Of a stretch of DNA of 64,000 nucleotides, positions 1-12,749 are shown one piece after another (position 1 is the first letter of the stretch; every line of letters starts with the position of its first letter). Where the stretch lies: NCBI GenBank assembly GCA_964106645.2, contig OZ067040.1. The stretch is one strand, 5' to 3'. This DNA is from Podarcis pityusensis. Its lineage: Eukaryota. A program made the translations under genes and the position numbers. Under the pieces are notes generated by a model. The model was not told where the DNA came from and searched no databases. It worked only from the letters and a program-made list of their open reading frames with translations.

Positions 1-2450
1 TTAAAGTGTGCTGCTGTTCCTCTCCACTTACCTGATGTAGCTCCTCAGAATAGATGTATTTAACACTTTTTGTTACTCAAGTGTGCACTGAAAGTTATTC
101 CAGAGAGATGTATCCTAAAGCCATTTAGACAACAGTGAACTTCACGTTATAATGAATTATGCTGCATATTCCTATGCATCAATGGCTGGTGTCTGGTTAA
201 CTATGAAAATGATACAGTACAGTCCTGCACCTAGTTAGCCTTATTATTTATCTTATCAGCATACTACTACTAATGTGCTGCATGGAACATCTAAGCAGAC
301 TGCCATGCACAATTCAGCAGGTGAAGCCTTGACAATCAATGTATCTTCAACTAGGAAGCATTTCACTTCTGCAATTTCTGCTAATCAGGCATCTTACTAA
401 AGGCAGGAGAGCCCTGCCAGAAAAGAAGCTGGTAGCCCTTCTTTTTGCCCAGTATCAAGAATCATTTCCCCTAACTTTGTTAGAAGTGAATGCCAAGCCA
501 TCCCTAAATATTTCTAATCTGCTACATTCTACCTATCACATCTCGCTTGGCTGTTCTTCAGAGGGCAGTGACAAAGCCAAATCTAATTTAGGCTCAGAAA
601 GACTCAAATTGGTTGTTCTAGCTGTAATGCAGTAGGTAATAGGATCTTCAGACTAAGGTCCCACTATTATGGTTATTAACCTGAAATATAACTTGCGCTG
701 ATTGCTTAACAAAAGAAATGACAGTAGAAGATGCCTCCTACTTCATAGCTTTTAGCTTTTTTAAAAAGCTTAGATCATTATTCCATTTCAAATGGAAAGC
801 CCGCCTGCAGACTGCTTAACATAGCTGCTACTGTGGAGGAGTCAGAGGAACAAATCACGAAGCAGATGCTGCTTCTTCCAAAGCATAATTACAGGCTTAC
901 CTGTCATTCTTGCCTCTAGTCTCTCACACCTTGTACTTAATGTTCTTTGACCAAAATAGTATTTCACATGTTCATGGCATAGCCATATTTGCATGAAAGA
1001 TAAAAGGAGACAACAAAATGAACTCCTCCTCACAGGGGCTGAGATATTTCATATGTGATCAGAAGCAGTATTTGGGATGAGGGAAATGAGAATAAAAGCC
1101 ACCTAGTAATCATAAAAAGAACAAGTCACACAACTTAAAACAGCTGTCCTGATATATACCCTCACCCAATCAAATAAGTCACTAGGACCACAGCATGGTA
1201 CTCAAGCATTCTTCCCCTACAGTGTCTTCCTGATTTTGTATTTAGCCAAAGTATATAGGCTAAAGCATTCTACCTCAGAAGGGAAATTCCTGATGTTGAT
1301 GAACAACTTGTGGGGATAAAATTTAGAAGTGAGCAAATTGATTAAACTGAGTAATGCACTTTCTGGTTGCTTAATGAATAGTGTATCAAGATTTAAGTGT
1401 TTGCGTATGAATGCTCTTGCTGTTCGATCAACTGGTCAATTTTGTGATTAATATCTTATGAGGTTTAATTCAGGATTTAGACTAATTAATTGAAAGATCT
1501 AATGAAATGATTAATGAACTGGTGTTTATTATGATTAAGTAGCAATGCTAATATAAGGACTACCAAGGTATCAGAAACTTTAAAAAGTTGAAGTTATGCT
1601 AGAACATATCAAGTAGTTTGTGCTCTGTCTACTTTTGGTCAAAGTTTTCAAAAGATTGGATTCACAGACCTGCTGTAGGCCACCTGAATGAAGATCATGG
1701 AACATTCAGGGTAGATTGGAAACACCTGATGTATATAGCATATCATGCAACAATCTACAAATCTAAGACCAGAACCAGCTAAAAATTATTATGCACCTGA
1801 AATTAAAGGGTGTGTTATCTGACCTATATCTGAGCAGGAGCCCAGTTATGTTACAAAGTGGGAAAACAAAGCTGGCAAATGGAGGAAACTCAGGGTTAGA
1901 GTCTAGCAGGAAATCATGACAATGGCAATACCAAAGTCAATGTATCATATATGGCAGAATAAAAACATATGGTTTTGCAGCAGCATTCTGGAAATTTTCA
2001 GGTACAAAGGTTCCCATGGACAAACCTGGATCCAGAATGATCCTTCCATTAAAATGGTTAATTAACATTTAAGACAATGTATTTGCTTTATGCTAGAATT
2101 GACTTTGTTTTATACCATCACTATTATTATTATTTTGACCCAAGTATTCTGTGGGTTATTAGAAGGGGTGGGGGACACTTGCTTTTAGATGGTACTTTTG
2201 AAGTTGTGTGTTTATTTCATTTGAAGTTTCTCCCCTTTCCATTTTATTCTTATTCATGAAAAATCTAGTAACTCCCAAAAAATGTGCTGAATTAAACTTT
2301 TAATACTGTACTGAGCAATCCTTGTGCCCATAAACAACAGTGGTGTTCTTGGCACAACAGACATTAGGCCTATACTACTCATTCGTTTTGAGTGTATGGA
2401 GTGCAGTATCTTTTACTGCGTCATTCATACCATCTTGTCCTTATTTCCAG

Positions 2451-2547
2451 ATTGCGCTAAAGTGTGCAGACATCTGCAATCCTTGCCGGCTCTGGGAGAT
2501 GAGCAAACAGTGGAGTGAACGGGTTTGTGAGGAATTCTACAGGCAAG
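2451..2547 (+). CDS. PDE7B: PDE7B internal coding exon (PDE catalytic domain, [33 protein letters not shown])
   Basis: ttccag acceptor, AAG|gtcagc donor, 97 bp; contains the class I PDE motifs KCADICNP and EEFYRQG; synteny with MTFR2/BCLAF1. Confidence 0.95.
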
Positions 2548-3457
2548 GTCAGCAGGCTCATACATTTCACTTTGTGTTTCCAGTCACTCAATCCGGTTTT
2601 GTTAATGGGAAATGGCATTTACTCATCCCACAGTGCCCAATGCTCACTTTAAGCCTCCCACAAAAATATGCTGACAGAATTGAGGCCTTGTTGAATAAGT
2701 GGCTAGGATTAAAGGGCAGAAGTAAGTTAATAGAACTAAGGCTGTTTAATTAGCTGGGCTACCAGATACTGGGCAACGATGTCTTGAGTTTGCCTGCAGG
2801 CATGTATCATTCTTAAAATGCAGTCCTTACAAGTGACAAACCACCAGCAGAAGGGTTTTCAGACAAGCTTTTGTCTACTGGTACCTGGTCATATTATATG
2901 GTATGATAACATCTGAGGACAACATGAACCCAACTCACTCAAACTTTTCTGTTCTTGACAAATCTCTACTTGCCTCCAAAGTGAGGTATCATCTTGAGCA
3001 TTGTGCATGTCATTAGAGTTGCTAATGATTAGAATGCACTTGTCAGGCACACCAAGGGAGATGCCAGTAGATCACAGAGTTTCATGTTATCTTTTATTCA
3101 TTGAGCTTCACATAGTCCTAATTGTTCCAAAAGGGCATTGCAAACATGTCATACAAAATTACAATTTGGTAAGTTACAAGTCATTACAAAATCTCTATTA
3201 AATGTGTGTTGTTGTTATCATTAATCTATGAAAATCAAGAGTCTAAGAATCTTCATCGCAGTAACTGAATGACACAAACCAGGATTAAGTAAAATTTCCT
3301 AGGGGAAATTAACACTTACCAGGGAGTACATCCCATGGAACTCAATGGGACTTCCTTCTGAGTATCCCATAAAAGCCAAGATGATAGCAAGCAGCATCAA
3401 GGAAGATATTACAGGCAAGAAATGAAGAGCGAGAGAGAATCAGACTGTCATAAATAT

Positions 3458-4030
3458 CTATGGTGTGATTGCACCTGGTATGTTGTGTAGTTTTGATTGT
3501 ACCATCTCAAAAAGGATCTTATAAAGGTGGAAAGGGCTTGAAAAAGGTTCAGAAAGGTATATTTGGCGCTTTTTAGTGTGGAAAAATGGAGATGAAGGGG
3601 GGATATGCTAGAGATGTATAAAATAACGCATCATGTGGAGAACGTGGATAGAGAGAAGTTCTAAAAATACTAGAAACCATTTTCATCAAATGAAGCTGAA
3701 TGGTGGGAGATTCAGCACAGGGAAAAAAGAAATACTTTTTCCTGCAACACATAGTTAAACTGTAGAATTCACAACAAAATGTAATAATGAGCACTAGTTT
3801 AGAGATAAATTTATGGAAAATAAGGCGACCAGTGGCTACTAGCAATGATGGCTGCATCCTACCCTCCAGTATCATACAGGTTTGCTGAGGAGCAGCAGCC
3901 ATGGGGAGAGTGCTGATGTGCTCATTACCTGCTTGCAGGCTTCCCATAGGTACCTGGTTTGTAGAAATATTGTAAGAATAAGTCACTGGACTAATGGGCC
4001 TTTGCTCTGATCCAGCAGGGCTTCTGGTAG
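3458..4030 (+). mobile_element. Degraded CR1 LINE 3' fragment
   Basis: resembles the CR1 ORF2 3' end (ccatctcaaaaaggat..., ctagaaaccattttcatcaaatgaagctgaatggtgggagattcag..., ggactaatgggcctttgctctgatccagcaggg); boundaries approximate. Confidence 0.65.
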
Positions 4031-4290
4031 ACATTTTTAGGATAGCACTGTTAGGACGCATGGTTTTGTAAAGGCTATTTACAATGTGTCTTTTAGACAG
4101 CAGTGCAAGAGTACTAGACAATGACAAAGCTTTTTGTTTGTTTGCACGCACATTTACAGCCTCAAACATGGTTGGTATATTAATAGACGTTTCTAAACTC
4201 TTGTTAACCTGTGTCCTGTATATCACACAGACACAAAAGAACCGCAACCACCCAGATAAGCCTTCAAAAGTTGTTCCTTCTTTCTGGTAG

Positions 4291-4371
4291 GTGACCTGGA
4301 GAAGAAATTTGACTTGGAAGTAAGCCCTCTTTGTAATCAGCAGAAAGACACAATACCTAGTATACAAATTG
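4291..4371 (+). CDS. PDE7B: PDE7B penultimate coding exon (GDLEKKFDLEVSPLCNQQKDTIPSIQIG)
   Basis: ttctttctggtag acceptor, TTG|gtgagt donor, 81 bp, phase 1/1 consistent with flanking exons; not in the ORF track. Confidence 0.95.
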
Positions 4372-6212
4372 GTGAGTATGCAATGCCTTCCATCATTAGC
4401 CTGATCATAAACCAAATGATGAAGCACAAATAGATTATTTATGTAAAAGTTACCCAAAGTCAAAATAGTTTTGCAAACACTCCAAGAGACAAATTTAAGC
4501 TGCAACAAAAAGTATATACAAAAAAGGTACATACAGGTCAGATCAGCTGTATGGAATCTTTCACTCGCATGATCTGATGCTTTGTCAGACAAATGAAATG
4601 TGGGGGGTGGGGTAGGAGAGTAAAAGATTAAATATGAAAATGAAGCCTCAGACATTTTTAAGGCTGGAAACAGACAGCAGATGGAGAGCTGCATGTGGTG
4701 GTAAAAGCCCTTTCCCCATGTCCTGTTGCTATGTCAAAACCCATTTTGCAAAATTTTGAAGAACCAGAGTAGTCCCACCTGAAGCCTCCTTACCAGACAG
4801 AAAAGTAGATATAATGTAGACACCATACTCAGTGTTCCTGTTTCCAAATCACTTTCAGCGTTCTGAGTAGAAAAATCTATGTGTAATGGTACAGACATTG
4901 GTTCCATTAGTAGCTATAATTAAAAAAAAAGAATTCATGACCACCAACCCAGTAAAAGGGTGCTGCCTGAAATGCCTCTAGATGAACCTTGTTGCTTACC
5001 TTCTGCAACACAGCCTCAATTAAATACTTAACAAGGAAACAAAATATGAAATCCTGTATTTGTGAAGGACCAAGTTGTTTGTAGTTTTCCAGGAATCCTC
5101 CACATCTTCCCCTTTCCCCCTTTGCATATATCGAAGCACATGCGCCTGTGAAGTTGAGAGGTGTGATGCACCCCAGTTTTGCACATTTTGAATAAGCAAT
5201 TGGAGATCTACTTCACCGTCATCTCTTTCAAATAATTCAAGTCACTAAGATGCAAAAAACTTCCATTCTCCCCCAAACCTGGATAGATTATTTACAAAGT
5301 CCTCTTAAGTCTAGGACAGAATTTTAGGACAAAGCTCGTTAGTTGAATAACTCAATGGTTGTTTTCCATTTAAAAATAAATCATCTTTTGGTCCTGTGCC
5401 TGCCAAACAAAAGAGAGTTATAACCTTTAAATGTTTTGCTCAAAGAAATGCTTCTACTTTTCTCTGAGCTTTGGAGTATGCAAAAGTTGGACCAGCTATG
5501 GTTAAAATCAATGACAGATTAAATTGTTTTGGTGTCTGTCTTCTTTGAGTAATTAAATATGAATTTACCCAGAGATCAAATTCAAAAAGATAGATGTCTG
5601 ATATTTTTATAATAGTAGCAGCATCACATGAAATGAGTTCGCAACAATTTATGGCCCAACTCTAATTACTGTTTCAGACATTGAACAGATGTTTATCAGG
5701 AGTTGTAATATCCTTTTCTGGAATGTGCAAAGTAGCCCTAAGACTTCCTGAACTAGTAAATAAGCTCTCAGGACAGGGGGCACTACTAGATAAGCTAGCA
5801 ACGTCTCTGCAGGAATTAAACAAATTCAAATTTAATTCAATTTAAACTTAAAATTGGATTAGACAACTAATTCAAGCTTCTGCATGGGGCAAGTCCACAC
5901 AGTTCAAGTGGTATACCATTGCCCTTTTTTATTAGACAATTTCCATTGCTGAAAACAGCAGAAGAAAGGAGTTGACGTAGAAGCAACTGGTGGTGTTGCC
6001 AGCCTAATTAACATAAATTTACATTAAATTTAAATAAATTGAAGGCCTGAAGCTACATGAGGCTCCAATGTTGCCATCTTCCCCCTGCCCTGCCCCCCCC
6101 CGCATCACTGCTGAAGAAAACATGGTCCACAGGTTTTATTTCAAGCTTTGTACTAGTGGGAAGGCCTAGCTGACTTAGCTGCTGATATGCTCTGCCTCGT
6201 GTTTTCCCTCAG

Positions 6213-6430
6213 GCTTCATGACCTACATTGTAGAGCCACTCTTTGAAGAATGGGCCAACTTTACTGGGAACACACCCTTATCTGAAAACATGCTGAACCA
6301 TCTGAGGAGGAACAAGACCAAGTGGAGAAGTCTGCTTCATAAGCAATACAGCAGCAGCAGGAGCACTGACCACACAGTCCCAATGACTGAAAATGAAGAA
6401 CAGACTTTAAATGAAGGAGAAGCCCCATAG
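6213..6430 (+). CDS. PDE7B: PDE7B last coding exon (GFMTYIVEPLFEEWANFTG...EGEAP*)
   Basis: ttttccctcag acceptor; joins to give QIGFMTYIVEPLF; stop TAG at 6428-6430. Confidence 0.95.
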
Positions 6431-7400
6431 TGCTGGCTTAGCACTCTGCTGCAGTGCTACTACCTTTCACAACAGTGAACAAAACCCTAAGGGGTCTGTT
6501 GGGCCATGGTCAACAATGCAGGAAGCGAAGAAATCAGGGAGGAAAGCCAAAGCGACAGATGTCCTCCTCAACTAAACCTACACCACTTCAGGGTTTGGCC
6601 CTAAAGTTTAGCCAAATCCCACTTCCTCATCTTACTATCTGAAGCCATTCATCACTTCTGATCACAAACTGCTTGAATGAGAAGCTTTTCAGTAGTGCTG
6701 AAGCTGGGGCAGTAGGCAGGTACCAACTAATAAGAGGATTAGAGGATACAGGCAAGACCAATGCATTCTTGGTTATCTATTGCATTCACTTTGGGTCATG
6801 CTGTGACGTGTGTTTGTGAATGACGGCTTAGAGCAATGTACAGTCTTCAGTCTGGCAGCTGGGCTGCACATTAAAACCCACCACCAGCACCGTCAGAAGG
6901 ACATCTGGCCATGCAAGAGAAAAGCGTCTCATTTTAAACAATTAAAGCCTTTTTAATTTTTGTATTTGGTGCACTGGACAAGGAATCTAAGAACCTTGAT
7001 GTAAGGTTATTCTGTGTACACAAAGCTTTTCCATGGTGGTGCCCCATTTTGTTAACCATTTTATGCCACTTTAGGTAAAGACTGGCATTCTTCTCACTGC
7101 AAGAACAGTATTTCCTATCAAATCCAAAAGGGAAGAGTTGTACAGTTTAAATGTTTCCAGATGTCTCTTTTGATGACTGTATCTGTGACCTGTTTATATT
7201 CGCACATGTGTGTCTCCTGTACATATAAGGCGCTACTGATCCCATACCGAAATAACAAAGTATTATGGGAAAGCTACCTATATAAACAATGGCACTGTGA
7301 ACAAAATACTGTTAGTTTTAGTATTGGAAGCATTTGTAAAGATGTTAGACTATTAATACACTTTTGTTTGCAGATAAAGGCCTTAACCTCTAGCATCCAT
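6431..7400 (+). other. PDE7B: PDE7B 3'UTR (proximal part; true end not determinable)
   Basis: follows the stop codon; AT-rich with 3'UTR motifs at 7218-7301; candidate polyA signals near 7373 (GATAAA), 7672 and 12844. Confidence 0.6.
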
Positions 7401-10400
7401 TACTTTCTGATGGCTATCAAAAGTCATCTCATTTTAGTCCGGCCTGTTTTCAGTTGCCCAAGGGTTAGATTAGAAGGGCAATTTATTTGAATGCTTGATA
7501 CACCTGCGGCTCCGTAGTGTTAAGCCACACTGCTCTAGTTAAGCTGCACTCAGTTCAGTTGTTGCCAATCCCTACCCTCCTCGTATTTTCAAATGATCTG
7601 TCCATATTTTTCACAAAATTTTACCTTATTTAGGAACATGGTGGCAAACTGCAACCCAATTAAGCTTGGAGAATAAACACTTAGGGAAAATCAGCAAGGG
7701 CTTCATCGTAGTCATGGATCTTGTTGAAATTTTGCAGTAATTGAATATGCTGAGATGTATCCACAATCATTGGGAGTAGAGAGGCACACCCCACCAAAAA
7801 TTTGTTGAAAGTCATATTTCCTGTCAGACATAAGCTCATTCTTTTTATCATATAATGAGAAGTACTCTACCTACAACAATCACAAACAGCTCATTTTGAA
7901 TCTCATGAACTCAGTTTTGCATGCCAAAATTAGCAGAAATATGGGAGTACAGTAACTGATTACTGAATATATAGGGGGGAAATTTTCTGGACTCACTTTC
8001 TCCTATATATAAGTAGAACCATTAATGGTTTTGCTTATCTACTAGTGCTTCACCAAGCACATTTCATAATGATAGTTACATCTTATTTTGGGCTGCTGAA
8101 ATTCAGAGAAAAATACAAGATTTCCTAGACTTGTTTGAGAGTGTGATGTGTTTAACAATTTAAAGAAAAATCATCTTGAAAATCATCCAAACCATTATTT
8201 TTTTACACTAGTCACATATAAGTTATGTGACTATTAGGTGTGATCTACTTCCAGATTTGCCATAAAATTGCTTATTACATAAGTACTCCTTAATTTCCAT
8301 GATAACCAAACTGTTATACAATTATGAGGGAGTTTCTATGACAGATTAATTTCAAAAGGCAAGTGAGTACATACAATTACATGTCAGCCCATTCTTCCGT
8401 ATGCATCCTGCAATGGAAATGTGAATCATCATAAAGTTTAACTATCCTTTGATTTCAAAAAATTCATCATCAAAATAAGGAACAAGTCAACTACCATGAA
8501 ATCTTAGGTGTTGCCTGAATTGGAACACAGCAGAAAAGCAAACTCACAACAATGCAAAAGAACATTTTGTTTGCAAGTCAAATCAAGAGCTTACTTCTGC
8601 TGAGAGATTGAAATATAAAGCTTTTTCTCCCTTTGTACAACGTGGAAGAAAGTGTACTGAGCAAACAGAGCTTCAGGCACACATTTTAGTTGCAACATAC
8701 TGCAAGAAATTCACTGAAGAACAGTGCTCAAGAACTCTATGACATAAAGCTACACAACAGCATTACATTTTGATTAAACTCAGAGTTCTCTGGACGAGAT
8801 ATGGTACATCTGTGCTTAGGAAACACCCACACTTTCATTGCCTTAATGAGGCCTATAGCAACTCCATATAGCCAATTCACATAGCTAGAGCGGTAATCAG
8901 TTTTTTCTGTCTCAGCTTCCCTGACACAGATGAGTGCACTGTTCGTTTAATAAGGGAGCTCTATCTGTGCCACCAGCACATGATAAATTACAACCTACTG
9001 TAGGAGAAACCTGGTTGTGTGAATGAATGTCTTGAAGTGCTACTTCCATTAGTTTAAAAAACAGATACTAAAAGCAAGCATTAAGAAGTGAAATATCAGT
9101 GATTTGCCAAAAACCAGAACTAAGAAATACACAGCAAGAGCCACAGAGTCTCCAAGCCAAAGGAATGTAAACCTTAGTAAGTCCCAAGGCAGAAAGGAAA
9201 GCTTAGGTTGAAAAAATAAAATACTAGTGTGATCTCTTTAGATTAGTGTGAAAATGGACTTTGAAGCCACATTTCACTCTGTGAAGAAAGGAGCTTTATA
9301 TAAATAGTAATAGCAGCATTAACTTGTCAAAACTATAGCAAAGACTGTTCAAGATTTTCTTCCACATATCAGGATAAGAAAAAGCTAATTAGGATTCCAT
9401 AGATTATTATTTTAACTTTAATTACCTACCGTGGTATCTCTGTGTCTTTCTGAAGATTGAAGGAGGGATGAACAGATTGCTGAAAAGGATAAATTACTGA
9501 ATGTTTCAATATTTAACTCCACTTTAACATTTTTCTACAATTCTTATCAGATTCCTTTCTTTTTCAATTTAGGTGGGCAAGTGGGCCACATTGTGATACC
9601 AGTGCACTTTAAAACCCTAGCTGCAATTTACTCAAATATTCCAAAACTATATACATATATTTGTGAGAAGTCTCACTGATTTCAGTGAAACACACTTTAA
9701 ATAAAGGCTGCAATTCCTAAGCACATTTACCTGGAAGTGACAAATAAACAAAAATTCTAGAGTATGTTGATGTTCTCCCCAAGTCTGAAAAACAAGATTT
9801 CTCTGGGCATTATCTTCTTTCATTTTTGAATGGAAGAATGGCTATCATGGACAATTTTATTCTGATAGGTCATGTACCAAGCAGTCTATTCACGGGTCAG
9901 TCTGAGTTCTTTAACTAGATATGGGCATAAGACACCCTCAACAGCATTTATTTCTGTGGGAACCATACTGCAAAAAGAAACTCTTGCTTTTGTATTGTGG
10001 CAAATATTTCAGCACAGCGGATGGCATCTACTGCTGTCTCTCCACTGAACTGATGGAAGGCATGTCAGCAAAACAGAGATTTAGGCAATTTCCAATTATT
10101 CCCCTCCCTTCCGCTACCTATGCTTCCCTAAATCTGTTCTGAAGGGCTGGGGGGATCCTCCAAAGAAGATTTTTTAGTTTGGGGATCACTGAAAATTTGC
10201 TCCATTCCTCTCCTGCTAACAGATGATGAGCATAACATTGGTAATACTCAATCATATATATATTTAGGTACATAAATTTTACATGCAAATAGAAGTTAGA
10301 CTTGAGTATAAAACACATCTTTTTACATAAAGCTGCTATGCCAAATAGTATCACATGGTCCTAACAAAACCAAATGTAGGACCAAACTTTAGCTACTATG

Positions 10401-10439
10401 ATTGTGTATTAATATGCATTAAGCTGAAAGGAAGCAATA

Positions 10440-12749
10440 GATTGTGTTTGAGCATAACACCAAGCAACAGTTCGTTAAAACCAGTTTGTTTACCAAGCCA
10501 TGAATTTTGTTCACAATTAATACAATGGATTGTTTTGCGTAATGCTGGTTTGTTGCCCACTCTGCTGCCTCTGCAGTGGCCAAGGAATGGCATGGCCTTC
10601 ACATTACTGGTTCTCTTACTACTACCTAGCTACAAAAATGGGACAGGAACATACTTGTTACACCTCATGCCAAACACAAGCCACAAACTTTTCCTCTCTT
10701 CCCCAGTTCTTCAGAATGCCCTACACATCTCTAGATCCTTCCTTCTCAACCCTCCTGAATAAAATAATTTCTTGCTGCAAGACATCTCCCTGCAGTTCCA
10801 TGGCCATTTCTTTGAAATTTGTTAGCCACCCCAAAATATGACTGATGATAATGGAAGGGATGCATATACTACTCCAGTGGATACTCAATCATCCGACACC
10901 AGCTCTGAAAGAACTACCCACCCAGCTTTACCAATCACCCAGTAAACACAAAAGACTCTTGCCCAATTTCTGCCTCCAGAGACCCTCATAGCTGTGAATG
11001 AAACACCAAACTTCCCAACCATAAGCAGTGTAAGATGGACTCTTTCCACAGACATGAACATACCCCAAACCACCAACCTCTGTTTCATACCTGAACATAT
11101 TTGAAGTCTGCTCCCAACTTTGTAAAAATCAATTCCTGACTCCGACTTCTGACCAAGGTCTGCATTATGTCAAGTTTCTTACCTATAGTTGGAGCTCTGG
11201 ATGGTGGTTGCTCTTCTTCTTTTCCTATCTTGGAACCTAAGGAAGGTGGTGAACCAGTCCTCAAAAGACTGTAGGAAATACACAGGCAATTCATCAGCCC
11301 TCTTGGTCCCATTGCACAGTTCCTCTGAGGCATCTGACAGCACATTCAGGCTGATATAGCAGTTGTTTCTGGTACAGACACAATCAGCCTTTTTGTCCTC
11401 TTGATGTTTGTACACGGCTACCATGATAATGGCACTTACTGAAGCTTTGCCACCGAAGATGCCTCTCCAGAAATTCCAGGAGCAGAAGAGATGATCTGCC
11501 TAGCCAGCAATGGAGCAGCCTGTCTTGGCCACCAATGCTGCTGACTGCCCAGTAGCCAAGGGTGGCATCTGTATCTAGGAATAAGGCTAGTTTATAGGAG
11601 AACAGCATAGTGCATGGTTCTACCCCAGAGTGCTTATTGTGAGTAGTGAGAATTTTTAAAAGCTTTTAAGAGTGTTCATCTTTGCACAGCACTGAAGAAT
11701 GCAACAACTGAACCCTTTCAATGACATTTCTTTGGACAGCTGGCTAAGTATCGCCTCAATGCAGTTCATATTCTAGAGTTCCCTTTTGTACTTTTCTTCA
11801 TGTGTCAACAAAAATCCCTCTCTCTTTCTTGTCTTTTGCTTCTGTAACAACAGCTACTACTAGTCTGCAGCAGCAGAGCTGAGATATTGCTAATGCAGCT
11901 GACACACATAAACAACACCATCTTTCCAAGGGAATACAAAGTAACAAAGAGTGTTTATGTAATTTTTTTTTTAAAAAAAACACTCTCCCCAATAATTGCT
12001 ATCACACGTTGTTTACAATCTTCAAACCTTGGTACTAGTATGATTACTCTGAGTGAGCAATCATCCTTGGACTGCCTGAGTCCATGGTGATAGCATGATA
12101 CTGACCAAAGGGGGACTTCAGAGAGCTAAGTACTGAAGGGTCATGAGTGTTTCCCAGAAGCAGAACTGCCAAAAGCACATAAATGGGGAAGAACAAAGGT
12201 CAGCTTCATGTACTTGCTATAGATAGGATTTTTGTGAAGCTGCATTTGTCTTTAAAATTGGGGTAAGATACTAAGAACAAAGGAATGCTTTCAACATGTG
12301 CTCCTGGATACATGCTAGTAAAAAAATGGCATAAATTTTCTCATTGCAAAGTGGAGCTAGGTTGGCAGGCTGGAAAGGAAGAGCTTGTCATGGCATGGGT
12401 GTGGGGAACCCTAATGCTAGGCAGAGGAGGAACGAAGGAAAGAGCTGGAAAACTGCCAGTGAGATTCACTTGGCTGCATGAGCATTTTCTAACAACTCTT
12501 ACCCATGTGGGTGGCTGGGATACAAGGCTGGAACAAAAGGGATTAACCCAGGATAGCAAGTTTGGCTGCAATGACGAACATAGTTCAAGCAAGCAGAGAA
12601 TCATGAACCAGTTTCAAACCATGATTTCATATTCCAATATCCTGGTTGTATATAAGCCATAGTTAGGTGGCTGGGGAGGGTTTGGATGTACAAACTACAG
12701 TTAAGTTAAACAGACAAACTGTGGTTTAGTGTTAGGTCTGAACAAGGCC
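10440..12749 (-). mobile_element. Probable ancient PIF/Harbinger derivative with degenerate TIRs and a decayed Myb/SANT-like ORF
   Basis: left end gattgtgtttgagcataacaccaagcaacagttcg resembles the reverse complement of the right end (ggccttgttcagacctaacactaaaccacagtttg); internal trihelix-like translation; TSD not conserved. Confidence 0.5.
11570..11835 (-). pseudogene. Decayed Myb/SANT-like (trihelix, Myb_DNA-bind_4 type) domain coding sequence
   Basis: translation across two frameshifts: KDKKERGIFVDT*/EEKYKREL*NMNCIEAILSQLSKEMSLKGFSCCILQCCAKMNTLKSF*/THNKHSGVEPCTMLFSYKLALFLDTDAT. Confidence 0.6.

Noticed and set aside
1-2450. Additional PDE7B coding exons
   Set aside because: No PDE-like translation with splice sites found; treated as intron
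3573-4694. 373-aa minus-strand ORF
   Set aside because: No recognisable domain; antisense to a PDE7B exon and a decayed CR1; composition typical of a chance ORF
10600-10900. Possible Harbinger transposase remnant (WLTNF on the minus strand)
   Set aside because: Only a 4-5 residue resemblance; no DDE motifs visible
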